A stretch of DNA of 64,000 nucleotides from Gammaproteobacteria bacterium (GCA_965238225.1 OZ250183.1:992001-1056000); one strand, 5' to 3'; shown: positions 1-11,469, counted from the stretch's first letter. Numbers and translations: made by a program. Notes: generated by a model not told the origin, from the sequence alone.

Positions 1-1
1 A

Positions 2-982
2 ACTGGTCTTAAGCCTATTGTCGGTGAAGTAAAAAAGGAGTCCATAGCATACATGGCTGGGTTCAACGAAGGGGTTGAAATTATTGCTGTTAATAGCAAA
101 GAGACAAAAACTTGGACAATGGTCATTGATAGCCTTGTAAGAAAAATTATTAATGCTGACAAAATAGATATTACAGTTCGAGATGGGTCGATTGTTAAAA
201 CACTGAATATTAATCTAAAAAATTTATCAATCGATGATGTAGCAGAGCAGGGCTTGTTAAATAACATTGGCATAATACCCATGAAATTTAAAATACCTGC
301 CATCATAGGCAGCGTGTATTCTGGCTTGCCTGCAGATAAGGCAGGCCTAGTTTTTGGAGATTTGATTGTTTCTGCAAATAATGAAGCAATAAAGGATTGG
401 GAGGAATGGGTCAAGTATGTGCAAACTCATGCAAAGCAAAAAATAAATGTAGAAATAAAAAGAGGTGATGAATATTTAACTCTTGAACTTATTCCGGATG
501 AGAAAATAAAAAATAATGGTGTGGTCATAGGTTTTATTGGTGCTGGCGGTAAATCAATTGAAGAAATGTTTGGTAAGGAGTCATATGCATTTTTACCGGC
601 TTTTTTAAGAGGTCTTGAAAAGACATGGGACATGTCGTGGCTAACGTTACGCATGCTTGGTAAGATAATTACAGGTCAGGCATCCGTTAAAAATTTGAGT
701 GGCCCGATAAGCATTGCACAATATGCAGGCGATTCAGCTAAAGGTGGTATTGCCGCATTTTTATGGTTTCTTGGCATTGTTAGTGTTAGCTTGGCTGTCC
801 TGAATCTATTGCCTATACCACTGCTTGATGGAGGGCATTTGCTGTATTATACATTTGAATTTTTTAAAGGTAGCGAAGTATCAGAATCAATACAAATTAT
901 CGGCCAACAAATTGGGGGCACATTATTGCTGAGCCTTATGATACTTGTGTTTTATAACGATATAGCACGACTCATTGGGTAA
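2..982 (+). CDS. rseP: RIP metalloprotease RseP (5'-truncated by the window edge)
   Basis: PDZ domains, then GPISIA and NLLPIPLLDGG motifs; frame is open from position 2; lies upstream of bamA. Confidence 0.95.
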   Translation, partial: TGLKPIVGEVKKESIAYMAGFNEGVEIIAVNSKETKTWTMVIDSLVRKIINADKIDITVRDGSIVKTLNINLKNLSIDDVAEQGLLNNIGIIPMKFKIPAIIGSVYSGLPADKAGLVFGDLIVSANNEAIKDWEEWVKYVQTHAKQKINVEIKRGDEYLTLELIPDEKIKNNGVVIGFIGAGGKSIEEMFGKESYAFLPAFLRGLEKTWDMSWLTLRMLGKIITGQASVKNLSGPISIAQYAGDSAKGGIAAFLWFLGIVSVSLAVLNLLPIPLLDGGHLLYYTFEFFKGSEVSESIQIIGQQIGGTLLLSLMILVFYNDIARLIG

Positions 983-1023
983 AACATACCTTCGATATGA
1001 AAAATATATGAAAAAATAAACAT

Positions 1024-3324
1024 ATGAAAAATTTAATAAAGAAATTACTTTATATAATATTCGCATGTTTATCCATGCAAATGAACACTTATGCTGTCCA
1101 GGAATTTATTATTGAGGACATTCGTGTTGAAGGTTTACAGAGAATAACGCCAGGGACTGTATTCAATTATTTGCCTATAAAAGTTGGCGATACCTTCAAT
1201 GACTCCAAATCTAGCGAATCTGCCAAGGCATTATTTGAAACTGGATTTTTTGAAGATATTAAATTGGAACGTGACGGAGGAGTTTTGATCTTTGTTTTGA
1301 AAGAACGTCCTTCGATTGGCAGCATCACCTTAAATGGTAATGAAGATGTCACAAGTGATGATTTGCTGGATAGTTTAAAGCAGATTAATTTTTCTGAAGG
1401 TCGCGCCTTTGATCATTCTCAGTTAGAAAAATTAGAGCGAGAACTAACAAGGCAATATAATTCCTTGGGAAAATATTCTGCTAAAATAGAATCAATAATT
1501 ACTGAATTGGATGATAATCGTGTTGCGATAACAATTAATATTTCTGAAGGCGTTGTTGCAAAAATTAAGAAAATAAATATTGTGGGCAATAAGGTTTATA
1601 AAGAAAAAGAGTTATTAGAACTATTCAAGCTAAGCGCATCATCGTTATTTTCATTTTATACTAATAAAGATCAATATTCCCGTCAGAAATTAAGTGCAGA
1701 TCTGGAATCTCTTCATTCACATTATCTGAATAATGGTTATATTAAGTTTAATATTGATTCTACACAGGTCTCTATCACGCCAGATAAAAAAAATATTTAC
1801 ATTACTATTAATATCTCTGAAGAAGAATTATTTACCATTTCTGAAGTCAGCTTAGTAGGTAATTTTGTGTTGCCTGAAGAAGAAATTGCTGATCTGATAA
1901 GTGTCAGGAAAGGAGATATATTTTCGCGTAAACAATTAACAAACAGCAGCAATGCTTTAAGCGCCCGCTTGGGAAATGATGGCTATACTTTTGCTAATGT
2001 CAATTCAATTCCTGAAATTAATGATGAAAATCATACTGTTAAAGTAAAATTCTTTGTTGACCCAAGTAAACGTGTTTATGTAAGAAGGATTATTTTTAGT
2101 GGCAATGCTAAAACGCGAGACGAGATACTCAGACGTGAAATGCGGCAGCAGGAAAGCAGCTGGATTACTACAGAAAAAGTAGAACGAGGCAAAATTAGAT
2201 TACAAAGACTGGGATTTTTTGAAGAAGTGAATGTTGAGACTCCGGCAGTGTTGGGGACTACGGATCAGGTCGATGTCCATTACACGGTAGCAGAAAGACC
2301 TTCGGGAAATCTATCTTTAGGCCTTGGATTCTCACAAACAGCTGGTTTAACATTGCAAACATCAATTACTCAAAACAATTTTCTTGGAAGTGGTAAAAGA
2401 GCCAGTTTCATATTCAATAATAGCGACATAAATAGACAGTTTGGGTTTGCTTACACCAATCCATATTACACTGAAGATGGTGTGAGCAGGAGTCTGAATG
2501 CTTTATACAAGAAAACAGACAGTGTGAATGCTAATGTGACCGCTTTTGATAGTCAGACCTTGAGGGTTGGCGTAGGTTTTAGTATCCCTATTACTGAATT
2601 TAACACCTTTCATACGTCAATTGGCTATGAGAATAGTCAAATTGACACAACAACCAGTTCAGCTGCACAAGTGCTAGATTTTATCGCTGCTAATGGAGAT
2701 AATGCTAATATATTAAGATGGAGTAACAGCCTGTCATTTGATACGCGTAATAAGGTAATTTTACCTGATAAAGGCGTGTTGCATCGTATTAGCGCTGAAT
2801 TGACTATCCCCTCATTTGGGGATTCTCTGCAGTTTTACAAGGCCAGTTACAAGACACAATGGTTTACTCCAATATATGAAGATTATATATTTTCCTTAAA
2901 GGGCGATATTAGCTTTGGCGATTCGTATGGCGATACCGATAACTTACCATTTTTTGAGAATTTTTACGCAGGCGGCCCTAGAACTGTTCGTGGGTATAAA
3001 GAGAATACATTGGGCGCTCTTGATTCGCTTGGCAGGCCATTAGGCGGTAATTTCAAGCTGATAGCTGGCGCTAATATCATAGTACCAGTACCATTTTTTA
3101 AAGATAATCAATCAGTAAGACTCTCGGTTTTTTTTGATGCTGGTAATGTCTATAATTTAAATGAGGAGGATTTTGATATTGGCGAGCTAAGGTACTCGGT
3201 TGGGCTGAGTGGTATTTGGGTTTCGCCATTTGGCTTAGTTAGTGCTAGTATTGCACGACCGATTGCTAATCAGGAAAATGATCAAATTCAGAATTTCCAG
3301 TTTACATTTGGGACTTCTTTTTAA
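1024..3324 (+). CDS. bamA: Outer membrane protein assembly factor BamA
   Basis: POTRA start IEDIRVEGLQR, VRGY motif, C-terminal FQFTFGTSF; canonical synteny. Confidence 0.97.
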   Translation: MKNLIKKLLYIIFACLSMQMNTYAVQEFIIEDIRVEGLQRITPGTVFNYLPIKVGDTFNDSKSSESAKALFETGFFEDIKLERDGGVLIFVLKERPSIGSITLNGNEDVTSDDLLDSLKQINFSEGRAFDHSQLEKLERELTRQYNSLGKYSAKIESIITELDDNRVAITINISEGVVAKIKKINIVGNKVYKEKELLELFKLSASSLFSFYTNKDQYSRQKLSADLESLHSHYLNNGYIKFNIDSTQVSITPDKKNIYITINISEEELFTISEVSLVGNFVLPEEEIADLISVRKGDIFSRKQLTNSSNALSARLGNDGYTFANVNSIPEINDENHTVKVKFFVDPSKRVYVRRIIFSGNAKTRDEILRREMRQQESSWITTEKVERGKIRLQRLGFFEEVNVETPAVLGTTDQVDVHYTVAERPSGNLSLGLGFSQTAGLTLQTSITQNNFLGSGKRASFIFNNSDINRQFGFAYTNPYYTEDGVSRSLNALYKKTDSVNANVTAFDSQTLRVGVGFSIPITEFNTFHTSIGYENSQIDTTTSSAAQVLDFIAANGDNANILRWSNSLSFDTRNKVILPDKGVLHRISAELTIPSFGDSLQFYKASYKTQWFTPIYEDYIFSLKGDISFGDSYGDTDNLPFFENFYAGGPRTVRGYKENTLGALDSLGRPLGGNFKLIAGANIIVPVPFFKDNQSVRLSVFFDAGNVYNLNEEDFDIGELRYSVGLSGIWVSPFGLVSASIARPIANQENDQIQNFQFTFGTSF

Positions 3325-3348
3325 TACAAAAAATATGGAGCAGGAATT

Positions 3349-3864
3349 TTGAGAAATATTAAAATAATTCTTCTAATAAATTATCTTTTATCAATGTTAG
3401 GCATGAACAGCGTTTTTGCGGAAGATTTTAAAATTGGCACAGTAAGTACAATCAGCATTCTTGAGCAGTCACCGCAGGCAGTATCAGCAGATGCGTTGAT
3501 TAAGAAAGAATTTTCTTCAAGAGACAGAGATCTGGTTGCGAAACAGAAAGAAGTCAAGTCAATGGAAGATCGTTTTACAAAAGACAAAGCCATTATGACA
3601 GAGTCAGAAATCAAAAAACTTGAAAGAGATATTATAAATGCACGCAGAGATTTAAAAAGAAAGCAAGATGAATTTCGTGAAGATGTAAATTTTAGGTTTA
3701 ACGAGGAAAGAGCAAAAATACAGAAAGAAATATTTGATGCAATTCAGACTGTCGCTAAAGAAAATAACTACGACCTCGTACTGTTTGATGGTGTTGCCTA
3801 CGCAAGCCCAAAAACAGATTTGAGTGATGAGATTATTACCTACTTGAAAAAGAAGAAAAAATAA
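3349..3864 (+). CDS. skp: Periplasmic chaperone Skp/OmpH
   Basis: Signal peptide, KIG motif, coiled coil, YDLVL near the C-terminus; between bamA and lpxD. Confidence 0.92.
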   Translation: MRNIKIILLINYLLSMLGMNSVFAEDFKIGTVSTISILEQSPQAVSADALIKKEFSSRDRDLVAKQKEVKSMEDRFTKDKAIMTESEIKKLERDIINARRDLKRKQDEFREDVNFRFNEERAKIQKEIFDAIQTVAKENNYDLVLFDGVAYASPKTDLSDEIITYLKKKKK

Positions 3865-3888
3865 AAATAATGAAAGCAAATAAAAAAA

Positions 3889-4920
3889 TTGAAAATTATG
3901 ACTACTGCCCTTGCTATTCCACTTGGGAAGATAGCTGATCATATCGGCGCAGAATTACATGGTGACTCGGAATGTATCATTAATGGTCTTGCTGCATTAC
4001 ATTCGGCCGAATCAGGCCACGTAAGTTTTTTATCAAGTCGTAGATACTATCGTTATCTGAAGCATACAAAGGCATCAGCAGTCATCATCGTAAGAAAAGA
4101 TTTGGATAAATGTCCTGTATCTGCTTTAGTGGTGGATGATCCATATTTGGCCTATGTTGATGTCATTAATTTATTTCATCCAAAGCCTGAAATTATTTCT
4201 GGAATACATCCGTCAGCGGCTATTAGCCCGTCAGCAAAAATAGATAGTTCGGTATTTATTGGAGCAAATGTTGTTATAGAAGACAACGTAGTGATTGAAT
4301 CAGGAACCTTTATAGATTCCGGTTGCGTAATAAAGCCTAATGTCACTATTGCCTCAAATACATATTTGTATCCTAATGTAGTATTGTGCGATTCTGCATC
4401 AATTGGTAATAGAGTGATATTACATCCCGGTGTAATTATAGGTTCTGACGGTTTTGGTATTGTCAAAAATAAAAATCTCTGGACTAAAATTCCGCAGATA
4501 GGCACGGTCGTTATTGGAGATGATGTTGAAATTGGTGCAAATACTACAATCGATCGAGGCGCGCTTGGCAATACAGTGATAGAACAAGACGTGAAAATAG
4601 ATAATCAGGTACAAGTTGCCCATAACGTCCATATAGGAGCGCATACAGCGATTGCTGGGTGCGCTGGTATCGCAGGTAGTACAATAATAGGTAAGCATTG
4701 TACAATAGGCGGTGCATCAACAATTAATGGGCATCTTGAGATAGTAGATAATGTTACCATTGGAGGAAATTCTGCTGTTGCTAATTCTATAAAATTAGCT
4801 GGCGTGTATTCATCTGCAATACCTGTGACTGAAGCAAAACTTTGGAGAAAGATTATTGTGAGAATAAAAAATTTGGATAGATTGAGTCGAAAAATTACAA
4901 AACTTGAAAAAAAACAATAG
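3889..4920 (+). CDS. lpxD: UDP-3-O-acylglucosamine N-acyltransferase
   Basis: Hexapeptide repeats, IGSDGFG, GANTTIDRG, KIDNQVQVAHNV. Confidence 0.97.
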   Translation: MKIMTTALAIPLGKIADHIGAELHGDSECIINGLAALHSAESGHVSFLSSRRYYRYLKHTKASAVIIVRKDLDKCPVSALVVDDPYLAYVDVINLFHPKPEIISGIHPSAAISPSAKIDSSVFIGANVVIEDNVVIESGTFIDSGCVIKPNVTIASNTYLYPNVVLCDSASIGNRVILHPGVIIGSDGFGIVKNKNLWTKIPQIGTVVIGDDVEIGANTTIDRGALGNTVIEQDVKIDNQVQVAHNVHIGAHTAIAGCAGIAGSTIIGKHCTIGGASTINGHLEIVDNVTIGGNSAVANSIKLAGVYSSAIPVTEAKLWRKIIVRIKNLDRLSRKITKLEKKQ

Positions 4921-4939
4921 ATAAAGAGGCAGTGTTACT

Positions 4940-5383
4940 ATGAATACATTAAATATCCATGAGATTAAAAAAATTCTACCTCATCGGTATCCATTTTTGC
5001 TGGTTGATAGTGTATCTGCGTATGAATCTGGAGACTCATTAACCGCAATTAAAAATGTAACTTTTAATGAGCCTTGTTTTCAGGGGCATTTTCCTAAAAA
5101 ACCTATCTTTCCTGGCGTGTTAATTATTGAGGCGATGGCGCAAGCTTCAGCACTCTTAGGCTGGCTTTCCATGAAAAAAAAACCGGAAGCTGAAAAAATC
5201 TATTATCTGATTGGCGTAAATAATGTACGGTTTAAGAAAATAGTACAGCCAGGCGATCAACTTATCCTTAATGTAAAATTTGTTAAAGTGAAAAAAGATT
5301 TATGGAAATTCATAGTGACATCAACTGTTGATGACAAAATGATTTCTTCTGCTGAAATATTAACAAGTTCTGCGGATCAATAA
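4940..5383 (+). CDS. fabZ: 3-hydroxyacyl-ACP dehydratase
   Basis: LPHRYPFLLVD and FQGHFP..PIFPGVLIIEAMAQ motifs. Confidence 0.97.
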   Translation: MNTLNIHEIKKILPHRYPFLLVDSVSAYESGDSLTAIKNVTFNEPCFQGHFPKKPIFPGVLIIEAMAQASALLGWLSMKKKPEAEKIYYLIGVNNVRFKKIVQPGDQLILNVKFVKVKKDLWKFIVTSTVDDKMISSAEILTSSADQ

Positions 5384-5385
5384 CA

Positions 5386-6159
5386 TTGATTGACAAACAC
5401 GCTGCTGTCGATGCGCAAGCAGTGATTGGAGACAATGTCTCCATTGGGGCTTATTCGATTATTGGTGCAGGCGTTATTATCGGCGATGATACTTGGGTAG
5501 GTTCTCATGTCGTTATTAAAGGTCCTACTACAATTGGACGATCTAACAAAATTTACCAGTTCTCTTCAATCGGAGATGATCCGCAAGATAAAAAATACAG
5601 TGACAAAGAACAGTCAACTTTGGAGATTGGTGAGAGAAATCTTATTCGAGAATATTGTTCTATAAATAGAGGTACGGAAGGAGGTGGAGGTAAAACAGTG
5701 ATTGGCAATGATAACTGGATAATGGCCTCTGTTCATATTGCTCACGATTGCCTTGTGGCTAATAATACCGTGTTTGCAAATAACACCACTCTGGGAGGAC
5801 ATGTATGTATCGATGATTATGTGATACTTGGCGGGTTCTCTGGTGTGCATCAGTTCTGCCGTATCGGAAAACATTGTTTTGTTGCCCCTTATTCTGCTGT
5901 GAGCAAAGATATCCCACCTTTTTTGATGATTTCAGGTGATAGGGCAAAACCGAACGGTCTTAACCGTGAGGGTTTGAAGCGCCATGGGTTTACAAATAAA
6001 ACAATAGATTTGCTACGCAATGCGTATAAAATTGTTTATCGCAAAGGTTTGACAAAGAGTATAGCTATAGAAACACTTGCCGAATTTACCTTACAATCCG
6101 ATGCCGTTAGAGAATTTTCTGACTTTGTAGAAAAATCCACACGCGGGATTGCACGCTAA
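5386..6159 (+). CDS. lpxA: UDP-N-acetylglucosamine O-acyltransferase
   Basis: Hexapeptide repeats, PQDKKY, HIAHDC, VHQFCRIG. Confidence 0.97.
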   Translation: MIDKHAAVDAQAVIGDNVSIGAYSIIGAGVIIGDDTWVGSHVVIKGPTTIGRSNKIYQFSSIGDDPQDKKYSDKEQSTLEIGERNLIREYCSINRGTEGGGGKTVIGNDNWIMASVHIAHDCLVANNTVFANNTTLGGHVCIDDYVILGGFSGVHQFCRIGKHCFVAPYSAVSKDIPPFLMISGDRAKPNGLNREGLKRHGFTNKTIDLLRNAYKIVYRKGLTKSIAIETLAEFTLQSDAVREFSDFVEKSTRGIAR

Positions 6160-6219
6160 TTTAATTTTGTTTTACCCTAGGCGGTTCAATTTCTTACATA
6201 ATATTCTAGAAAATTTATT

Positions 6220-7356
6220 ATGCTCCGAATAGGTATAGTAGCAGGCGAAGCGTCTGGCGATCTTCTGGGCGCTCAATTAATAAGAGATCTAAAAAAAAAA
6301 TACTCTGATATTGAGCTTGTTGGTATTGGAGGGAAACATCTTATTGAAGACGGATGTCAAAGCCTGTTTAACATAGAAAGGTTATCGGTAACTGGAATAT
6401 CAGAGGCTCTTGGTCGGTGCTTCGAATTACTCAGTATTCGTAGCAAATTAATCAAATATTTCATTGATAATCCCCCTGATGTCTTTATTGGAATTGATGC
6501 GCCTGATTTTAATTTAACTTTAGAAGAAAAATTACGTAGTAAGGGGATTAAAACAGTACATTATGTTAGTCCCTCCATTTGGGCATGGCGGGAAAGCCGA
6601 TTAGAAAAAATATCACGTGCAGCTGATCTTATGTTAGTGCTATTCTCGTTTGAATTACCTTGCTACGAAAAAAATAACATAACTGCCAAATTAGTTGGAC
6701 ACCCGCTTGTCACACAAATGCACGAGGCATTTACCGGCAATGATCTAAGAGATGTGCTTTCTTTGCCTAAAGACAAGACTATTATCGCCTTGATGCCGGG
6801 AAGCCGTCAAAACGAATTAAAACAGCTTGTAGAAATATTTTTGCGTACAGCAGTACTGTGTCAGAAACAACATGAAGATATTTATTTTGTCACTAATTTA
6901 ATTGATGAATATTCCAAAGAATTTTTCATAAATGCGATCAATAAAATCTGCCCAGAATTACCTATTTCAATTTTTATAGGAAATTCAATACAAGCAATAC
7001 AAGCAAGCGATATTTTATTATTAGCCTCCGGGACGATCACTTTAGAAGCAATGTTATTAGGAAAACCAATGGTTGTCGCTTATAAAACCTCATGGATAAG
7101 CTACCAGATACTTAGAAGGTTAATATATACTCCCTATGTCGCATTACCTAATTTATTGTCTGGCAAATTTCTTGTGCCCGAATGTATACAATATGACTGC
7201 ACGCCGGAGAAGCTTGTTGTAGAATTATCAACATGGCTAAATGATAAAAATGCCGTCAAGAAATTAAAAAATAATTTCAATTCTATTCATAAAGAGATGA
7301 TGAAACAAAAGAATAATTCAGCTGCGGATGCAGTTATTGAGTTACTAATGAAATAA
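6220..7356 (+). CDS. lpxB: Lipid-A-disaccharide synthase
   Basis: GEASGDLLGA, IDAPDFN, YVSPSIWAWR, LMPGSR motifs. Confidence 0.97.
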   Translation: MLRIGIVAGEASGDLLGAQLIRDLKKKYSDIELVGIGGKHLIEDGCQSLFNIERLSVTGISEALGRCFELLSIRSKLIKYFIDNPPDVFIGIDAPDFNLTLEEKLRSKGIKTVHYVSPSIWAWRESRLEKISRAADLMLVLFSFELPCYEKNNITAKLVGHPLVTQMHEAFTGNDLRDVLSLPKDKTIIALMPGSRQNELKQLVEIFLRTAVLCQKQHEDIYFVTNLIDEYSKEFFINAINKICPELPISIFIGNSIQAIQASDILLLASGTITLEAMLLGKPMVVAYKTSWISYQILRRLIYTPYVALPNLLSGKFLVPECIQYDCTPEKLVVELSTWLNDKNAVKKLKNNFNSIHKEMMKQKNNSAADAVIELLMK

Positions 7357-7362
7357 AATTAA

Positions 7363-7953
7363 GTGGATACAATCATTATAGATAATAATATAATTGTAGC
7401 CGGAGTTGATGAGGTAGGAAGAGGATCACTTGCCGGCCCCGTTATCTCTGCTGCTGTCATTTTGGATCCTGAAAATCCAATCAAAGGTTTAATGGATTCA
7501 AAGAAAATAACTGCGAAGAAACGTAGCTTATTAGCGATTGAAATTAAAGAGAAAGCAATATCATGGTCTTTTGGACGCGCAGAGCATGATGAAATTGATG
7601 CTATCAACATATTGCAAGCGAGCTTATTATCAATGAAAAGGGCAATTAAATCACTAACTGTAGAGCCAGAGATGGTTCTTGTTGATGGGATGTACTGCCC
7701 AGATATTAATTATAAAGTGGAAGCTATCATTAAAGGCGATAATAAAATCCCGGCAATATCAGCAGCGTCAATTATTGCTAAAGTTGCCAGAGATAACGAA
7801 ATGATTGCATTAGATAATGAGTATCATGGTTATGGCTTTCCACAACACAAAGGTTATCCCACGAAAATGCATATCAATGCATTGAATGAACTTGGAGCTT
7901 CTTTTATACATAGAAAAAGTTTTTCCACAGTAAAAAATATCTTAAACAAATAA
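7363..7953 (+). CDS. rnhB: Ribonuclease HII
   Basis: GVDEVGRGSLAGPV, DSKK, SAASIIAKVARD. Confidence 0.97.
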   Translation: MDTIIIDNNIIVAGVDEVGRGSLAGPVISAAVILDPENPIKGLMDSKKITAKKRSLLAIEIKEKAISWSFGRAEHDEIDAINILQASLLSMKRAIKSLTVEPEMVLVDGMYCPDINYKVEAIIKGDNKIPAISAASIIAKVARDNEMIALDNEYHGYGFPQHKGYPTKMHINALNELGASFIHRKSFSTVKNILNK

Positions 7954-7960
7954 ATAAAAT

Positions 7961-10900
7961 TTGAGAAATTTTGTGATAGATAGTTTTGTGCATTTGCATA
8001 TTCATTCAGAGTACTCACTTGAAGATGGCCTAATTAGAATAAAAGATCTTGTTGACAAGGTTTATAAATACGAGATGCCAGCTGCCGCACTCACTGAACA
8101 AGGAAATTTTTTCTCTGCTTTAAAATACTATCGTGCTGCCCATAAGATAGGCGTTAAGCCAATTATTGGTGTTGATCTTCGCGTAATCGAGAATGACAAT
8201 TATTTACAGTCCACTGCATTAGTATTGTTGTGTCAAAATTATCAAGGATATAAAAATTTAAATCATTTAATTACACGTAGTTATCAAGAAGGGCAGTATC
8301 AAGGCATTGCATTTGTCCAAAAATCCTGGATAGAAAACTATTCTGAACATTTAATTGCTCTTTCTGGTGCGCAACAGGGTGATATTGGCCAAGCATTACT
8401 TGCGGGAAATTATAATCATGCAAAAACTCTTCTAAGTGGGTGGCAAATGATATTCCCAGACAGATTTTATTTGGAGCTGCAAAGAACAAATCATCCAGGG
8501 GAGGATAATTATATCTATTCTGCTGTTGAGTTAGCGGCTGAACTAAACGCACCCGTCGTTGCGACAAACAATGTCAGATTCTTATCGGAAGAAGAATTTG
8601 AAGCGCATGAAGCTCGCGTATGTATACATCAAGGTTATACCTTGGGGGATTCAAGACGATCAAATCTTTATAGTCCTGCGCAATATTTTTGTTCCAGTGA
8701 AGAGATGATCGAATTATTTGCTGATATACCAGAAGCCATAGAAAATACAGTTGAGATTGCCAAACGCTGTAATCTTGAATTGATTTTAGGTGAAAATTAT
8801 TTACCTGATTTCCCTGTTCCGTCCGGATTTAACCAGAACGAATGGCTCGTTCATCAGGCCAAGCAAGGGTTAGGACAGAGATTGGTGATTGAGGATGATG
8901 AAAAACTTCATGAAATTCAAGAGAGTTATCAGGAAAGACTGGAGTTAGAGCTTGATGTAATTGTAGAGATGGAGTTTTCTGGATATTTTCTTATTGTAGC
9001 AGATTTTATTCAATGGGCAAAAGACAATGCTATTCCGGTAGGCCCTGGCCGTGGTTCAGGTGCAGGATCTTTAGTTGCGTATGTGCTTGGTATTACCGAA
9101 CTTGACCCTCTTCAATATGATCTACTATTCGAACGTTTTTTAAACCCAGAGCGTGTGTCTCTTCCAGATTTTGATATCGACTTCTGTATGGAAAGACGAG
9201 ATGACGTTATTGATTATGTTGCACATCGATATGGTCGTGACCATGTCTCTCAGATTATTACATACGGCAGCATGACCGCCAAAGCGGTGGTTAGAGATGT
9301 GGGGCGTGTATTAGGCTATCCCTATGGTTTTGTTGATCAAATAGCAAAATTAATCCCTTTTGACCTTAGCATGACACTAGATCGCGCCTTAGAAGAAGTT
9401 GAACTCAAAAAACGCTATAAAAATGAAGATGAGGTGAAAGTTTTAATTGATCTTGCGAAAAAGCTTGAAGGATTGTCACGAAATGCAGGCCGACATGCAG
9501 GTGGCATTGTGATTTCACCAAAACCATTGACAGATTTTATGCCTCTTTACTGTGAGCAAGGATCAAACTCACCTGTATCACAATTTGATATGGGTGATGT
9601 TGAAGAAATTGGTTTAGTTAAATTTGATTTTCTCGGATTAAGAACGCTGACGATTATTGATTGGGCAATACACGATATTAATCGCATGAGAAGCGAAGAA
9701 GAAAAATCGCCAATTGATATAAATCATATTCCGCTTGATGATGAAAATACCTATGAATTAATTCGCAGGAATCAGACAACAGCTATTTTTCAGCTTGAGT
9801 CTGATGGCATAAAGAAATTAATCAAGCGCTTACAACCAGACAGTTTTGATGATTTAATTGCATTGGTTGCCTTGTATAGGCCAGGACCTTTGCAATCAGG
9901 GATGGTAGATGACTATATTAACTGTAAACATGGTAAGGAAATCAAATATCCTCATCCTAAGCTTGAGGATATATTAAAATCGACAAATGGCGTGATCTTG
10001 TATCAAGAACAAGTGATGCAGATTGCACAAATCTTGGCTGGATATACATTAGGTTCTGCAGATTTACTCAGGAGAGCTATGGGTAAGAAAAAACCAGAAG
10101 AGATGGCCAAGCAGAGGATAATTTTTACAGAAGGTGCAGTTAAAAATGGTGTTGAAGAAAGAGTCGCAAGAGGTATTTTCAACTTAATGGAAAAATTTTC
10201 TGGTTATGGATTCAATAAATCACATTCAGCTGCCTACGCATTGATTGCTTATCAAACAGCTTGGCTAAAAACGCATTACCCGGCATATTTTATGTCAGCA
10301 GTGTTGTCATCTGACATGGATAATACCGATAAAATTGTTATGTTGCGTGACGAAGTTAAATCAATGAATCTGAAACTAAAAGCGCCATCAATTAATTATA
10401 GTTACTATAAATTTTCAGTTGAAAATGAGGACACTATCAGGTTTGGTCTTGGCGCGATCAAAGGCATTGGAAGAGCTGCCATCGACAATATTATTGAGAA
10501 TAGAAAAGAAAATGGAAAATTTATTGATTTATTTGATTTATGTCGTCGAGTCGATCTAAGAAAAATTAATAGACGCGTTCTAGAGTCTATGATTCGTTCA
10601 AGTGCGATAGATGAACTAGGCCCAAGTCGTAGCAGCATATATATAAGTTTGAATAAGGCGATTCAAATAGCAGATCAATCAAGTAGAAATAAGCGCAGCG
10701 GGCAAGATGATTTATTTGGTTTGTTTACTGATACTGATGATAAGGAAGATCATAATTTTGAATTTCTGGAAGCTGTTGATTGGTCAGATGATGAAAGACT
10801 AACTGGAGAAAAAGAGACATTAGGGTTTTATTTGCAAGGCCATCCCATTATCAAATATGAGTCTGAACTTGAAGGTTTGATAAGCGCTATATTAAAAAAT

Positions 10901-11416
10901 ATTAAAATAGGAAATAATGTGCGTGTCGCAGGGTATATCCACAGAATGAGGATTCGATCAGGAAGTCGTGGAAAAATGGCAGAAGTGTTGCTTGATGATA
11001 GATCTGCTCGTGCTAATGTGACGGTGTATTCAAATGTATTTAAAAAGTACAGCAATGAACTGGTTAAAGATCAATTGGTTATTGTCGATGGCGAGGTTGT
11101 AGAGGATGATTTTTTTACGAGTGGTCTTTCAATTATCGCCAATGATATTCATACGCTGCCACAATTGAGAAATCGAGCAGAATTGAGGTTAAAATTAGGG
11201 CATCAAAGAGATTTCCGTTCTGAGATAAATTATTTGAAGGAGACACTGTCTCCCTATTGTAGTGGCACCAGCAGTGTCAGTGTAGAATATAGTAATGATA
11301 AAGGGCAATGCAGGTTAGCGCTTGGTGATGATTGGAAAGTGAACGTTGCTGATACTCTGCTGGATTCTCTAAGAAGCCATCTTGGTACAGATAATGTATT
11401 TCTGGATTATCAGTAG
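7961..11416 (+). CDS. dnaE: DNA polymerase III alpha subunit
   Basis: PHP motif FVHLHIHSEYSL, GPGRGSGAGS, PDFDIDF, YGFNKSHSAAY; normal length. Confidence 0.98.
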   Translation: MRNFVIDSFVHLHIHSEYSLEDGLIRIKDLVDKVYKYEMPAAALTEQGNFFSALKYYRAAHKIGVKPIIGVDLRVIENDNYLQSTALVLLCQNYQGYKNLNHLITRSYQEGQYQGIAFVQKSWIENYSEHLIALSGAQQGDIGQALLAGNYNHAKTLLSGWQMIFPDRFYLELQRTNHPGEDNYIYSAVELAAELNAPVVATNNVRFLSEEEFEAHEARVCIHQGYTLGDSRRSNLYSPAQYFCSSEEMIELFADIPEAIENTVEIAKRCNLELILGENYLPDFPVPSGFNQNEWLVHQAKQGLGQRLVIEDDEKLHEIQESYQERLELELDVIVEMEFSGYFLIVADFIQWAKDNAIPVGPGRGSGAGSLVAYVLGITELDPLQYDLLFERFLNPERVSLPDFDIDFCMERRDDVIDYVAHRYGRDHVSQIITYGSMTAKAVVRDVGRVLGYPYGFVDQIAKLIPFDLSMTLDRALEEVELKKRYKNEDEVKVLIDLAKKLEGLSRNAGRHAGGIVISPKPLTDFMPLYCEQGSNSPVSQFDMGDVEEIGLVKFDFLGLRTLTIIDWAIHDINRMRSEEEKSPIDINHIPLDDENTYELIRRNQTTAIFQLESDGIKKLIKRLQPDSFDDLIALVALYRPGPLQSGMVDDYINCKHGKEIKYPHPKLEDILKSTNGVILYQEQVMQIAQILAGYTLGSADLLRRAMGKKKPEEMAKQRIIFTEGAVKNGVEERVARGIFNLMEKFSGYGFNKSHSAAYALIAYQTAWLKTHYPAYFMSAVLSSDMDNTDKIVMLRDEVKSMNLKLKAPSINYSYYKFSVENEDTIRFGLGAIKGIGRAAIDNIIENRKENGKFIDLFDLCRRVDLRKINRRVLESMIRSSAIDELGPSRSSIYISLNKAIQIADQSSRNKRSGQDDLFGLFTDTDDKEDHNFEFLEAVDWSDDERLTGEKETLGFYLQGHPIIKYESELEGLISAILKNIKIGNNVRVAGYIHRMRIRSGSRGKMAEVLLDDRSARANVTVYSNVFKKYSNELVKDQLVIVDGEVVEDDFFTSGLSIIANDIHTLPQLRNRAELRLKLGHQRDFRSEINYLKETLSPYCSGTSSVSVEYSNDKGQCRLALGDDWKVNVADTLLDSLRSHLGTDNVFLDYQ

Positions 11417-11469
11417 TTATGTCAGGTATCATGTAAATAAAATTAATAAATATCAAGATAAATTAAACA

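Noticed and set aside
7961-11416. Intein or split in DnaE
   Set aside because: Length and motif spacing are normal
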